Below are positions 39,557 through 49,943 of a stretch of DNA of 64,000 bases, in pieces; positions within the stretch are counted from its first letter, which is position 1, and each line of letters begins with the position of its first letter. The position numbers and the translations under genes are program-made. Under the pieces are notes generated by a model that was not told the origin of the DNA, made no database searches, and saw only the letters and a program-made list of their open reading frames with translations. Source of the stretch: a bacterium (GTDB taxonomy: Bacteria; Patescibacteriota; Dojkabacteria; JAKAPS01; JAJZLI01); NCBI GenBank assembly GCA_021816845.1, contig JAKAWT010000002.1:213329-277328 (forward strand). The letters run 5' to 3'.

Positions 39557-40453
39557 TCAATTTCTTCCTGCAATAGATGAATTGATGTTGAGTTTTTTAT
39601 AAATATCATCAAGCTCCTTGTCAGACTCAAAGGCAATATTTATACTACCTTTCCCATAAGAGTTCCTTTTTATTTTAACCTTACCGAAATATGATTTAAG
39701 ATGATTTTCTATAATAAGTGCTCTTTGATCTAAAACATTAGCTTTCTTCACTCCTAACTTTGGATTCATTGCAAGAAGCTTATCTATAAGTTCATGAGCC
39801 TTACTCCCTGAAAGTCCATCCTCTATCATTTTATTAAGAAGACTCTTTTGTAATTTTAAATCTGTAAGTCTCAATAATTCTTCTGCCTGAGATAAAACAA
39901 TCTTATTGTTGTATATAGCCTCTTGAATAAACTGAGGAAGAGATAGTAGTTTTAAATAACTTTCTGCTGTAACCTTAGATATACCAATCTTTTTTGCAAT
40001 ATTCTCAATATCCATATTAAATTGATCTTTAAGGTTAGATATAGCCACTGCTTGTTCCATAACATTTAAATCTTTTCTTTGAAAATTCTCAATTATTGCG
40101 AAAGCTAATAATTCTTCATTGAGAGCTTCTTTTATTATAATAGGAACTTTTGAAAGCCCAAGCTTTTTTGCAGCATTTAGCCTTCTCTCTCCTGCTATCA
40201 GTTGATATTTTCCTTCGCTAGACTTTGTCACAAGTAAAGGGGATAATATACCATTTTCCTTGATTGAAGCTACAAGTTCTTCCAACTCTTTGGATGGTTC
40301 TCTACGTGGTTGATATGGATTTGGTTCTATAAGTGTTAATGATACTTCCTTGTATCCATCTACTGATGCATTTTGAATCAAAGCTGATAGTCCCCTACCC
40401 AAGATCTGTTTTTTTATATCATCTTTTTCAACATTATCTTTTTGATTATCCAT
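39557..40453 (-). CDS. parB: Chromosome partitioning protein ParB
   Basis: LGRGLSALI, NPYQPR, IAGERR, IENFQRKDL. Confidence 0.95.
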   Translation of the reverse strand: MDNQKDNVEKDDIKKQILGRGLSALIQNASVDGYKEVSLTLIEPNPYQPRREPSKELEELVASIKENGILSPLLVTKSSEGKYQLIAGERRLNAAKKLGLSKVPIIIKEALNEELLAFAIIENFQRKDLNVMEQAVAISNLKDQFNMDIENIAKKIGISKVTAESYLKLLSLPQFIQEAIYNNKIVLSQAEELLRLTDLKLQKSLLNKMIEDGLSGSKAHELIDKLLAMNPKLGVKKANVLDQRALIIENHLKSYFGKVKIKRNSYGKGSINIAFESDKELDDIYKKLNINSSIAGRN

Positions 40454-40455
40454 TA

Positions 40456-41226
40456 TTATTTAAATCTTAGTAAAATTTCATCAGCTAGTTTTCTATAACT
40501 TGAAGCTCCTGATGAGGCTGAATCATATTGTTTTATAGTTTGCCCAAAAGAAGGAGCTTCAGCAAGTTTAACGTTTCTAGGTATTATAGTATCAAAAGTT
40601 TTATCTTTAAAAAAGCTCCTTATCTCTGAGGCTACAGATTCAGATATCTTAGTTCTTGTGTCATACATAGTTAAAATAACACCTGATATTTCAAGTTTAG
40701 GATTTAGAGAATCTTTTATCATTGAAACAGTATTTAAAAGTTGGGATATACCTTCTAAAGCAAAATACTCACATTGTACAGGAACAATTATATGATCTGA
40801 TGCAACAAAAGCATTAATAGTAAGCATACCTAAAGATGGAGGTGAATCAATAATTACATAGTCATATTGTGTTGCAAAAGTACTTAGTGTAGATTTTAAT
40901 TTACTTTCTCTTGATATTTGGCTTACAAGTTCAATTTCTGCACCAGCTAAAGATATGTTTGAAGGTATTACATATAAATTTTCTATACCAGATGCTACAA
41001 AAACCTCTTCAGCTTTTTTACCATTTATTATCATATCATATACTGAAGGAGCTCTTACACCATCAGTTTCAGAGTTTAATAATCCTAACCCCGAAGTTAA
41101 ATTACTCTGAGGATCAAAGTCAACAAGGAGAACCTTTTTTCCTGATTCTGCAAGGTATGCACCTATGTTAAGTGCAGAAGTAGTCTTCCCCACCCCACCT
41201 TTTTGATTTGCAATAGTTATTATCAT
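40456..41226 (-). CDS. parA: Chromosome partitioning ATPase ParA/Soj
   Basis: NQKGGVGKTT, DPQSN, PVQCEYFALEG, IPRNVKLAEAPS. Confidence 0.97.
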   Translation of the reverse strand: MIITIANQKGGVGKTTSALNIGAYLAESGKKVLLVDFDPQSNLTSGLGLLNSETDGVRAPSVYDMIINGKKAEEVFVASGIENLYVIPSNISLAGAEIELVSQISRESKLKSTLSTFATQYDYVIIDSPPSLGMLTINAFVASDHIIVPVQCEYFALEGISQLLNTVSMIKDSLNPKLEISGVILTMYDTRTKISESVASEIRSFFKDKTFDTIIPRNVKLAEAPSFGQTIKQYDSASSGASSYRKLADEILLRFK

Positions 41227-41837
41227 TAGTTAAGTATAGAATAAATTTGATTATTCTTAGTATAATAATGTACAGTAGGAACAAATCCAAACCTGTTTAG
41301 AGGCCAATATACAAACCAAGCTTCACCTTTTATCGCTGATCTTTTTACAAACCCCCATTCTCTTGAATCAGAACTATTTTCTCTATTATCACCCATAACA
41401 AAATATTCACCTTTAGGCACTGTAATAGTTACATTATTAGGCAGGAATGCCATACCGAAAGTTTTTACAGATTTTTTTAGGTATGCTCCTTCATGAAGTA
41501 ATTCTCCATTTACGTATACGGAACCATTTTTAACTTCTATAGTATCCCCTGGGAGACCAATTATTCTTTTTATATATTCCTCTGTTGGAGAATAATTGAA
41601 AATAATAACTTGCCCTCTTTGAGGTTCTGAATAAGTATAGATAAGTTTGTTTGTAAGAAGGTATTCATGATTTAGAAAATTAGGCATCATAGATTCTCCC
41701 ACTACTACATGTGGGGATGCTATAAATATATATATTACAATTGCTATAGCAAGGGTAATAACTACAGTTTCTAGAAAATCAACCAAAAAAAATTTTAATA
41801 AGCTATTCAAAAAGGACTTAGGGTCTTTATTCTTCAT
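41226..41837 (-). CDS. lepB: Signal peptidase I
   Basis: GESMMP, YIKRIIGLPGD, MGDNRENSSDSR. Confidence 0.97.
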   Translation of the reverse strand: MKNKDPKSFLNSLLKFFLVDFLETVVITLAIAIVIYIFIASPHVVVGESMMPNFLNHEYLLTNKLIYTYSEPQRGQVIIFNYSPTEEYIKRIIGLPGDTIEVKNGSVYVNGELLHEGAYLKKSVKTFGMAFLPNNVTITVPKGEYFVMGDNRENSSDSREWGFVKRSAIKGEAWFVYWPLNRFGFVPTVHYYTKNNQIYSILN

Positions 41838-41866
41838 AATGTGTCATATTAAATTAAGGAATTGTT

Positions 41867-41906
41867 GGATCTAGATCCTCGGATCTAAATCCTAGGATCC
41901 AGATCC
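41867..41906. repeat. Palindrome array, 3 units, period 14 (intergenic, upstream of lepB-parA-parB)
   Basis: GGATCTAGATCC-tc-GGATCTAAATCC-ta-GGATCCAGATCC. Confidence 0.9.
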
Positions 41907-41947
41907 TTTTGTATAATATAACAAATGTTAATATTATTCAATTAATA

Positions 41948-44035
41948 TCATAAAAAAGTACCAGAATAGTAATTATAATTCCATAAACTCAAATCAAAAT
42001 TAGTTTTTTTATAATATTTCAATGCTTGAATCATAAAATTATTCCATATAGGTGCTGCGGTAGTCTCCCCCCATGTATTATTGGATGTAAAAGAATAATT
42101 ATCATTGCCAGACCAAACTACTGCTGTAAGGTTTGGAGAAAACCCTGCAAAAATATTATCTATATGGTTATTAGATGTACCAGTTTTACCTGCTACCTGA
42201 TATCCTTGATCAATAACAGGTGCCATAGTGTAATAATGTTTAATTATACTTATGACCATCTCTGTGTAAAGTTTACTAAATACTTTTGTACCTTTCGGAT
42301 TTGTATCGTTATACACCAATTTGTTATATTTGTTATATATTTTATCTATTGGGGATGCCTTATAAAAAGTTCCATAATTAGCTAGTGTATCGTAAGCCTG
42401 AGCTTCCTCAAGAGTTGTTATATCACAACCACCAATGACTGCAGTATATCCACAATGATTAATACTCTGATTTGTAAACTCACTTAATCCTACACTCCTA
42501 AAAGTTTGGAATACACTTTGTAAGCTTACAAGTTCAGCTGTCCTTATTGCAGGTATATTTCTTGACTGTAACAGTGCTGTAGCTACAGTTATAGCACCCA
42601 TATATGTGCCATTCCAATCAGTAGGCTGCCATCCTCCAATATCAAGTGGCGTATCATAAACAATAGAATTTGGAGTTAATAATTTTTTCTCAAATGCAGT
42701 TATATATACAAATGGTTTTAGAGAGGATCCTGGAGATACAAGAGATAAAGTAGAATTAACAGCACCTTTTACATATGTAGTATTTGCATTGTAATTTACA
42801 GACCCGACCATAGCAAGCACATGACCATTTTTAGGATTTAAAGCAACCAGGGAAGAATTATGAGTATTATAACCTTGATTTATCAATGTATTAACCCCAC
42901 TGGTTACAGCATTCTGCGCGATATTTTGTAGTTTTAGACTTAAAGTTGTGTATACTCTAAAACCTCCCTCATCTACTTTTTTAGTTCCATACATTGAGTC
43001 AAGATATGCCCTTGTGTAATATATAAACCAAGGAGCAACAAGGTTATTCAAGGTGGTATTAAATGTTAATTTTGTATTTTCTGCTGTCTTTATTGAAGAT
43101 ACAGGGATTTGTACTATATTTTGATGTACCAACATTTGATTTAATACGTAGTGTTGTCTTTGAAATGCTAATTCAGGATGAGTACCATATAATGGGGAAT
43201 ACACTCCTGGGGCCTGTACTATACCTGCAAGAAGTGATGATTGTGCAACATTAAGATCTTTTGCTGGTATACCAAAATACGTTTCAGCTGCCATTTGTAT
43301 ACCATATACATCTCCACCAAAAGAAATATCATTTAGATATGCTTGCAATATCTGTTTTTTTGAATATTGTGATGAAACCTCCAGAGTCAAAAATAAACCT
43401 CTCACCTTCCTTCTTAGTGACTGTGTATCTGATAAAGCTGTCAACTTAACTAATTGTTGAGTAATAGTACTGCCTCCCTGTATACCAGCTTGAGAATGGA
43501 AAAGGTCATCATATAAAGCACGTAAAATACCAACAGGGTCTATACCAAGATTTTCACTAAAGAAGTGTACATCTTCTGCTGATATCATTGCTTTGATCAT
43601 ATAGGGAGATATTTGATTATATTTTACATACTCTCTGTTCTGATTGCCATATATAGTGTCAATCAATGTACCATTCCTGGAGTATATAAGGGTGTTTTCT
43701 GAATGATTACGAAGAAGTGGAACTGTAACCTTTGGCAACCCTTTTAAATATACACTAGATACTATTGCTAGAGATATAACCATCAAAGTTATAAGTGTAA
43801 TTGATACTGTTATTAAAACTGTAAAAGTTATATATATTACTCTTAGAGTTTTATTATTTTTATTCTTTTTTTTATCTAAAGCCTTTTGTATTATTTTTCT
43901 ACTACTAGAATTTGTTAAAATTGGTTTTACCTTTGTAGATTTTTTTAAAAATTTTGATCTCAAGGGCTTCAATAGAAAAAAACCTTTTGGTTTAGACTCA
44001 TTATGTTGCTTTGGTTGAGGATCTTTGGATTCCAT
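41948..44035 (-). CDS. Class A penicillin-binding protein (PBP1A-like)
   Basis: SAED, QGGSTITQQLVK, RK, YLN (glycosyltransferase); SSLK, SRN, KTG (transpeptidase). Confidence 0.95.
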   Translation of the reverse strand: MESKDPQPKQHNESKPKGFFLLKPLRSKFLKKSTKVKPILTNSSSRKIIQKALDKKKNKNNKTLRVIYITFTVLITVSITLITLMVISLAIVSSVYLKGLPKVTVPLLRNHSENTLIYSRNGTLIDTIYGNQNREYVKYNQISPYMIKAMISAEDVHFFSENLGIDPVGILRALYDDLFHSQAGIQGGSTITQQLVKLTALSDTQSLRRKVRGLFLTLEVSSQYSKKQILQAYLNDISFGGDVYGIQMAAETYFGIPAKDLNVAQSSLLAGIVQAPGVYSPLYGTHPELAFQRQHYVLNQMLVHQNIVQIPVSSIKTAENTKLTFNTTLNNLVAPWFIYYTRAYLDSMYGTKKVDEGGFRVYTTLSLKLQNIAQNAVTSGVNTLINQGYNTHNSSLVALNPKNGHVLAMVGSVNYNANTTYVKGAVNSTLSLVSPGSSLKPFVYITAFEKKLLTPNSIVYDTPLDIGGWQPTDWNGTYMGAITVATALLQSRNIPAIRTAELVSLQSVFQTFRSVGLSEFTNQSINHCGYTAVIGGCDITTLEEAQAYDTLANYGTFYKASPIDKIYNKYNKLVYNDTNPKGTKVFSKLYTEMVISIIKHYYTMAPVIDQGYQVAGKTGTSNNHIDNIFAGFSPNLTAVVWSGNDNYSFTSNNTWGETTAAPIWNNFMIQALKYYKKTNFDLSLWNYNYYSGTFL

Positions 44036-44106
44036 ATAAATCATTATATATGAATCCCATAAAAAGGAAAATTAATGTATACAAAGACATATCTATTTGT
44101 TATAAT

Positions 44107-44185
44107 AAAATAGAATCAAGACGGAAAGGGGCGGTTTAAGACTCCATGCTTAAACAGAACCTTTCCTCTTTTCTTGATCTATTCT
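44107..44185 (-). ncRNA. Candidate long structured hairpin directly 3' of the NYN gene
   Basis: Nested stems AGAATAG/CTATTTT, ATCAAGA/TCTTGAT, GGAAAGG/CCTTTCC, GTTTAAG/CTTAAAC. Confidence 0.5.
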
Positions 44186-44738
44186 AAATAGAAATGCCAT
44201 CCTTGGGCCTAGACTCATTAGGTTTAGATCCCCTGGACCTAGACCCCCTGGATTTAGATCCTGTATATTCTAACTTCAACCTTAAATCATTCACAAACCA
44301 TTTTTTTCCATTAGCCACTTTTTTAAAAAGACTACTATAGAGATTTTTATTAGGAATTAATAATACTTTAAGTTTAGATCTAGTATCTAGATAGTCTACC
44401 AGACAATAAAAATCTCCATCCCCTGTAACTATTATTGCTTGATCATAGTTAGCTATTTCAATCATCGTTTGTAAAACTAGTTCTGCATCACAGTTTCCTT
44501 TAACTGTACCTTGTCTTGTGAGTGTAGGTTTGAAAATAATGATATAACCCATTTTCTGCAAAGCAGTATACATAGATTGATTTTCATCAATAAAACCAAT
44601 AAATAAAAAACATTTAGTAGCTGAATATTTGTTTTCTAAATATTTTTTGAATTTCTCAAAATCTAATATCCATCCCTGATCTCTCACGGCTAAATTTAAA
44701 TTTTGACTATCTATAAATGCGTAATTGTTATTTTCCAT
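44184..44738 (-). CDS. NYN/LabA-DUF88 (PIN-like) ribonuclease domain protein
   Basis: FIDSQNL, KGNCDAEL, TGDGDF acidic motifs. Confidence 0.92.
   Translation of the reverse strand: MENNNYAFIDSQNLNLAVRDQGWILDFEKFKKYLENKYSATKCFLFIGFIDENQSMYTALQKMGYIIIFKPTLTRQGTVKGNCDAELVLQTMIEIANYDQAIIVTGDGDFYCLVDYLDTRSKLKVLLIPNKNLYSSLFKKVANGKKWFVNDLRLKLEYTGSKSRGSRSRGSKPNESRPKDGISI
44205..44261. repeat. In-frame palindrome array, 4 units, period 15
   Basis: GGGCCTAGACTC-att-AGGTTTAGATCC-cct-GGACCTAGACCC-cct-GGATTTAGATCC; encodes GSKSR-GSRSR-GSKPN-ESRPK on the minus strand. Confidence 0.85.
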
Positions 44739-44835
44739 TAATTTTTATATTATATTACAAAGTTTGATTAATAACTAATATTTAATGCATATTTTTGATA
44801 ATATATAGGAATTAATATATAATCTTTTCGTAATT

Positions 44836-44917
44836 GCTGGGGTGGCGGAACTGGCATACGCGACGGACTTAAAATCCGTTGGAGCAATCCATGAGGGTCC
44901 GAGTCCCTCTCTCAGCA
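44836..44917 (+). tRNA. tRNA-Leu(TAA)
   Basis: Cloverleaf with variable arm; anticodon loop CTTAAAA; T-loop TCCGAGT (C at 55). Confidence 0.92.
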
Positions 44918-44926
44918 TATGTAGTT

Positions 44927-45000
44927 CGGAATGTAGTTCAGTTGGCTAGAACGCTTGCTTTGGGAGCAAGAGGTCGCTGGTTCGAGTCCAGTCATTCCGA
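44927..45000 (+). tRNA. tRNA-Pro(TGG)
   Basis: Cloverleaf; anticodon loop TTTGGGA; GGTTCGAGTCC. Confidence 0.93.
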
Positions 45001-45070
45001 TTTAACTTTACAACACTATTTTTTTTGAAATATGCTATGATAATATCAGTAAGAAATAATTATTATACTT

Positions 45071-45424
45071 ATGTGCATAATAATAAAAGAGATTAGTGAA
45101 CTAAAATTTTCTTCAGCTCATGGAGGTTCTGGGAGAAAAAGAGAGATTATTAACGGTTCAGAGATTAATAATGAAAATCTTGAAATTCTCAATAAGGATT
45201 ATCTTTCTAAAGGTAAAATATTTGATTGGCATATGCATGAGAATGCTGATGAAATAGCATTGGTATTAGAAGGAAAAGGAATAATATATTATATAGATGA
45301 GAATCACCAAAAGAATTTTTCTACGAATGATGTAATAGTTTTTGAGAAGAGGGAGATGCATAAAATCAAAGCTTTAAGTAATTGTAAATTTTATTTTCTG
45401 AGGATTATTAAGAACTTACAGTAG
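45071..45424 (+). CDS. Cupin domain protein
   Basis: WHMHENADE...EGKG...MHKI cupin motifs. Confidence 0.85.
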   Translation: MCIIIKEISELKFSSAHGGSGRKREIINGSEINNENLEILNKDYLSKGKIFDWHMHENADEIALVLEGKGIIYYIDENHQKNFSTNDVIVFEKREMHKIKALSNCKFYFLRIIKNLQ

Positions 45425-45962
45425 GATGATTCAACACTCTCAATAAAAGCAGAATTGCAATTATAACTGCAATCACATAGAAAACCACTGCAACCACCAA
45501 AGCTACACTCCCTACAACACTAAAAGCATATATTGTTAGTAATAGACCTATTAGTGTATCACCCTTAAATACAGTTGCAACTTCATTTTGAAGTTTGATA
45601 TTCTTTGGATTTGCTATAGCCATGGTGCTTAGTTCAGCATATGTTTTACCACCAGCTATCTCCGATAGATGGACTGCAATAAAGTGATTAGCATAAGCTT
45701 TAGCTTGATTTCCTGTAAGTAATTGTTCTCCTGCATATTTATTTAAATAAGGTCCAATTTTAGGACTTGATAGAGCTGAACTGCCTTTAGGTGGAAAATA
45801 TATTTTTTGGACAGCTAATTGGCTACTCACAGTTGAATTTATAAAAAAAGAAGCCCATAAAGCTACACTTCCAATTACAAGTAAAGAAAAAACGGTAATA
45901 ACTTCTAAAGTGGAAAAAACTTTACTAATAATATGACGTTCATTTAACATAGTTTCATTCAT
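45408..45962 (-). CDS. Membrane protein with an extracytoplasmic loop
   Basis: TM - loop (AKAYANHFIAVHL...GGKTYAEL...FKGDTL.GLLL) - TM. Confidence 0.75.
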   Translation of the reverse strand: MNETMLNERHIISKVFSTLEVITVFSLLVIGSVALWASFFINSTVSSQLAVQKIYFPPKGSSALSSPKIGPYLNKYAGEQLLTGNQAKAYANHFIAVHLSEIAGGKTYAELSTMAIANPKNIKLQNEVATVFKGDTLIGLLLTIYAFSVVGSVALVVAVVFYVIAVIIAILLLLRVLNHPTVSS

Positions 45963-46047
45963 TTGTTGCTTTATAACATCAATACTATTATTATATAACT
46001 TAGTAGGAATAAAACAATAGGTATGCTTCCTACAGGCTAAACATATA

Positions 46048-47238
46048 ATGAGTACTACTCTAAAAAATCATATATATACGAATAATAAGTCTTTAATATT
46101 GACAGTAAATGCTGGCTCATCTAGTCTCAAATTTGATTTATTTTCCATTAATCCGATTGTAAAAGTTACTAGTGGTGTTATAGATAAAATTGGACAAGAT
46201 AAATCTTTATTTGCCATTGACAATTTATCCAAGGAAGTATCTTTAAATACATATAATGATGCAATTAATCTATTTATAGAATGGTTGGGAAATAATACAC
46301 AAAATGTAATTGCAATAGGCCACCGTATAGTACATGGAGGACCTAAATATTTTGAACCTTGTCTAGCTACCAGAGATATTATTGATGATTTGGAAAAATT
46401 TATACCATTTGATACTGAACATCTACCTAATGAATTATTAATCCTTAAAAAAATTCAATCATTGTTCCATGATATCCCCAATATATTATGTTTTGATACA
46501 TCATTTTACAAAGACTTACCAATTGAATCAAAAATGTTGCCTATCCCAAGGCATTATTTTGAAGATGGCTTAAGGCGTTATGGATTCCACGGATTATCTT
46601 ACCAATTTGTTTTTCAGAAATTACAACAAATTTATGGAGAAAAAATATTATCTAGTAGATTAATTATTGCACACATTGGTAGTGGCGTAAGCTTAAGTGC
46701 AATAAGAGAAGGAAAACCAATAGATACAACAATGGGGTTTACTCCAACAGGTGGTGTACCTATGGGGACTAGATCTGGAGATATTGATCCAGGAATAATA
46801 TCATATATAGAAAATACGAAGAATCTAAATATCAACCAGATTGATCATATGTTTAATTTTGAATCAGGACTTCTAGGTATATCCGAAACAACATCTGATA
46901 TGAAATCACTTTTAGACAATGAATCTACAGATAAAAGAATATCTGATGCTATAAATATTTTTTGTTACAATATAAAAAAAACAATTGGAGGATTTATTGC
47001 AATACTTGGTGGTATTGATAAAATTGTATTTACTGGTGGTATTGGTGAAAATTCCCCAGAGATACGTAGAAGAATATGTCAAAACCTAGATTTTATGGGG
47101 ATTGTAATAGATCAAAATAATAACAATAATAATAAAGATATTATTTCTAAAAAAACGAGTAAAGTAGAAATCAGGGTTATTAATACAGATGAAGCTCAAA
47201 TTATTGTTCAAAATGTAATAAATATTTTAAATATATGA
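46048..47238 (+). CDS. ackA: Acetate kinase
   Basis: [39 protein letters not shown]. Confidence 0.96.
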   Translation: MSTTLKNHIYTNNKSLILTVNAGSSSLKFDLFSINPIVKVTSGVIDKIGQDKSLFAIDNLSKEVSLNTYNDAINLFIEWLGNNTQNVIAIGHRIVHGGPKYFEPCLATRDIIDDLEKFIPFDTEHLPNELLILKKIQSLFHDIPNILCFDTSFYKDLPIESKMLPIPRHYFEDGLRRYGFHGLSYQFVFQKLQQIYGEKILSSRLIIAHIGSGVSLSAIREGKPIDTTMGFTPTGGVPMGTRSGDIDPGIISYIENTKNLNINQIDHMFNFESGLLGISETTSDMKSLLDNESTDKRISDAINIFCYNIKKTIGGFIAILGGIDKIVFTGGIGENSPEIRRRICQNLDFMGIVIDQNNNNNNKDIISKKTSKVEIRVINTDEAQIIVQNVINILNI

Positions 47239-49610
47239 TAATTAATAAAAAACCTTTAAACAAGAAAACATTACAAAAAATGGATAGATATTGGAGAGCT
47301 ACGAATTATCTTTCAGTTGGACAAATCTATCTTTGTGATAATCCATTACTACGTAAACCTTTAGAACTTTCCCATATAAAAAAATTGCTTTTAGGACATT
47401 GGGGTACTACACCTGGACAAAATTTTATATATGTTCATTTAAATCGTATTATAAAAAAACATAATCTCAATATGATATATATCTCAGGACCAGGACATGG
47501 AGGACCAGCTTTGATTAGTAACGTTTATCTTGAAGGTACATATAGTGAAGTTTACCCTAGTATCACTCAAGATGAAGCTGGGCTGAAAAAATTATTCAAG
47601 CAATTTTCATTTCCAGGAGGTATCTCAAGCCATGTTTCCCCTCAAACGCCAGGATCAATACATGAAGGAGGAGAATTAGGATATTCTTTGTCTCATGCAT
47701 TTGGTGCGGTATTTGATAACCCAGATTTAATCGCAGCATGCGTTGTAGGAGATGGAGAAGCAGAAACTGGACCTCTTGCTACGGCTTGGCATTCAAATAA
47801 ATTTTTAAATCCTTTAACTGATGGTGTGGTCTTACCAATTTTACATCTTAATGGATATAAGATTTCAAATCCCACAGTTTTATCTCGTATTACTCATAAA
47901 GAACTAGAGCAATTGTTTATAGGATATGGGTGGAAACCATATTTTGTAGAAGGATATGATCCTCAATTGATGCATCAAAAAATGGCCCAAATACTAGACA
48001 AATGTATAAAAGATATACACGATATAAAACATAAAGCACATTCTAAAAAAAATATGGAAAGACCTCGTTTCCCCATGATTATTCTGCGATCACCAAAGGG
48101 TTGGACAGGACCTAAAATATTAGATGGAAAACCTATTGAAAATTCATTCCGTTCTCATCAAGTTCCAATATTAATAACGGATAAAACACCTCCAGAAAAT
48201 ATTAAGGAGTTGGAAAATTGGCTTAAAAGTTATAAACCAGAAGAACTCTTTGATGAAAAAGGAAAATTAAAATCAGATTTAGCCGATCTAGCCCCTATTG
48301 GTAATCACAGAATGGGTGCCAATCCTCATACTAATGGAGGATATCTACTACAAGCACTAAATATGCCAGATTTCAAGGATTATGCTATCAAAATAGACAA
48401 ACCGGCAACTATAGCTACCAGTAATATGGAGGTATTAGGACCTTTCCTACGTGACATTATTGTTAAAAATGAGCATAATTTCCGTATCTTTAGTCCTGAT
48501 GAAACTATTTCAAATAAGCTTGAAGCAGTATTTGAAGCAACTAATCGTCAATGGGACGCCAACATTAAACCTAGCGATGAATTCCTATCAAATAAAGGTC
48601 GAGTATTTGATTCAATGCTTAGTGAACATCAATGTGAAGGATGGCTGGAGGGATATTTATTAACTGGACGTCATGGTTTATTCCATAGTTATGAAGCATT
48701 TATTAGAATTATAGACTCTATGCTTACACAACACGCAAAATGGCTCAAGATGAGTAATGAGTTACCTTGGAGACAAAAAATTGCTTCCTTAAATTATTTA
48801 TTAACCTCACACGCTTGGAGACAAGACCATAATGGATTTACACATCAAGATCCAGGATTTATTGACCATATAATTAATAAAAAGAGTCAAACAGTACGTA
48901 TTTACCTGCCTCCTGATGCAAATTGCCTATTATCAACTATGGACCATTGTCTCAGAAGCTCTAATTATATTAATCTAATAATCAGTGGTAAACATGATGA
49001 GGCTCTGCAGTTTCTTAATATAGATGAAGCTATTGCTCATTGTAATCAAGGTATTGGTATTTGGCAATGGGCAAGTAATGATAGTGAGACTGGCCCAGAC
49101 GTAGTTATGGCATGTGCGGGTGATGTTCCAACAGTTGAGACACTCGCTGCAGTATCCATTTTAAGATCATATCTTAAAGATTTGAAAATACGAGTGGTGA
49201 ACATTGTAGATTTGATGAAATTAGAACCTGAAAGTGAAGGTCCACACGGGCTAAGTGATACTGATTATGACTCTATATTTACAAAAGACAAGAATATAAT
49301 TTTTGCTTTCCACGGATATCCTTGGTTAATACATAGACTCACATATCGCCGTAACAATCGTAATTTGCATGTACGTGGTTATAAAGAAGAAGGAACAATA
49401 ACTACGGCATTTGACATGGCTGTATTAAACAATATTGATAGGTTTCATCTTGTTATAGATACAATTGATCGTTTACCTCAAATTGGGACAAAAGGTGATT
49501 ATTTAAAACAACTCATGGAAGAAAAATTAATACAACATAGACAATTTATAAATGAAAATGGAATAGATATGCCTGAGATACGTAATTGGAGATGGGAAAG
49601 AGAGGATTAA
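47235..49610 (+). CDS. xfp: Xylulose-5-P/fructose-6-P phosphoketolase
   Basis: [42 protein letters not shown]. Confidence 0.97.
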   Translation: MIINKKPLNKKTLQKMDRYWRATNYLSVGQIYLCDNPLLRKPLELSHIKKLLLGHWGTTPGQNFIYVHLNRIIKKHNLNMIYISGPGHGGPALISNVYLEGTYSEVYPSITQDEAGLKKLFKQFSFPGGISSHVSPQTPGSIHEGGELGYSLSHAFGAVFDNPDLIAACVVGDGEAETGPLATAWHSNKFLNPLTDGVVLPILHLNGYKISNPTVLSRITHKELEQLFIGYGWKPYFVEGYDPQLMHQKMAQILDKCIKDIHDIKHKAHSKKNMERPRFPMIILRSPKGWTGPKILDGKPIENSFRSHQVPILITDKTPPENIKELENWLKSYKPEELFDEKGKLKSDLADLAPIGNHRMGANPHTNGGYLLQALNMPDFKDYAIKIDKPATIATSNMEVLGPFLRDIIVKNEHNFRIFSPDETISNKLEAVFEATNRQWDANIKPSDEFLSNKGRVFDSMLSEHQCEGWLEGYLLTGRHGLFHSYEAFIRIIDSMLTQHAKWLKMSNELPWRQKIASLNYLLTSHAWRQDHNGFTHQDPGFIDHIINKKSQTVRIYLPPDANCLLSTMDHCLRSSNYINLIISGKHDEALQFLNIDEAIAHCNQGIGIWQWASNDSETGPDVVMACAGDVPTVETLAAVSILRSYLKDLKIRVVNIVDLMKLEPESEGPHGLSDTDYDSIFTKDKNIIFAFHGYPWLIHRLTYRRNNRNLHVRGYKEEGTITTAFDMAVLNNIDRFHLVIDTIDRLPQIGTKGDYLKQLMEEKLIQHRQFINENGIDMPEIRNWRWERED

Positions 49611-49943
49611 TTGTTTTTCTAACAATTAATAATTTTTACTCCTATAAATACTTTGCAAGTTAACAAGAATCTTTCAAATAAAAGACTAATACTAACTACT
49701 CCAATAAAAAAGAAGAAACTGTAAACAATTTACATGGGTTCTCCCAAATTATTAATAATGATTTCATAAAGACAATCCAGAAAATTATATTATTAAATAG
49801 AATTACAATCATTTAAAAGTTTAAATGGAGTGTATAAGGAGTGCGAGTATTCAAGGGCTTATTTAACCTATATGATAAATATTACTAAACACCATTGTCA
49901 AAAATCTAGATTAGGCCTTTAGAATATGTTATCATCATATTAG

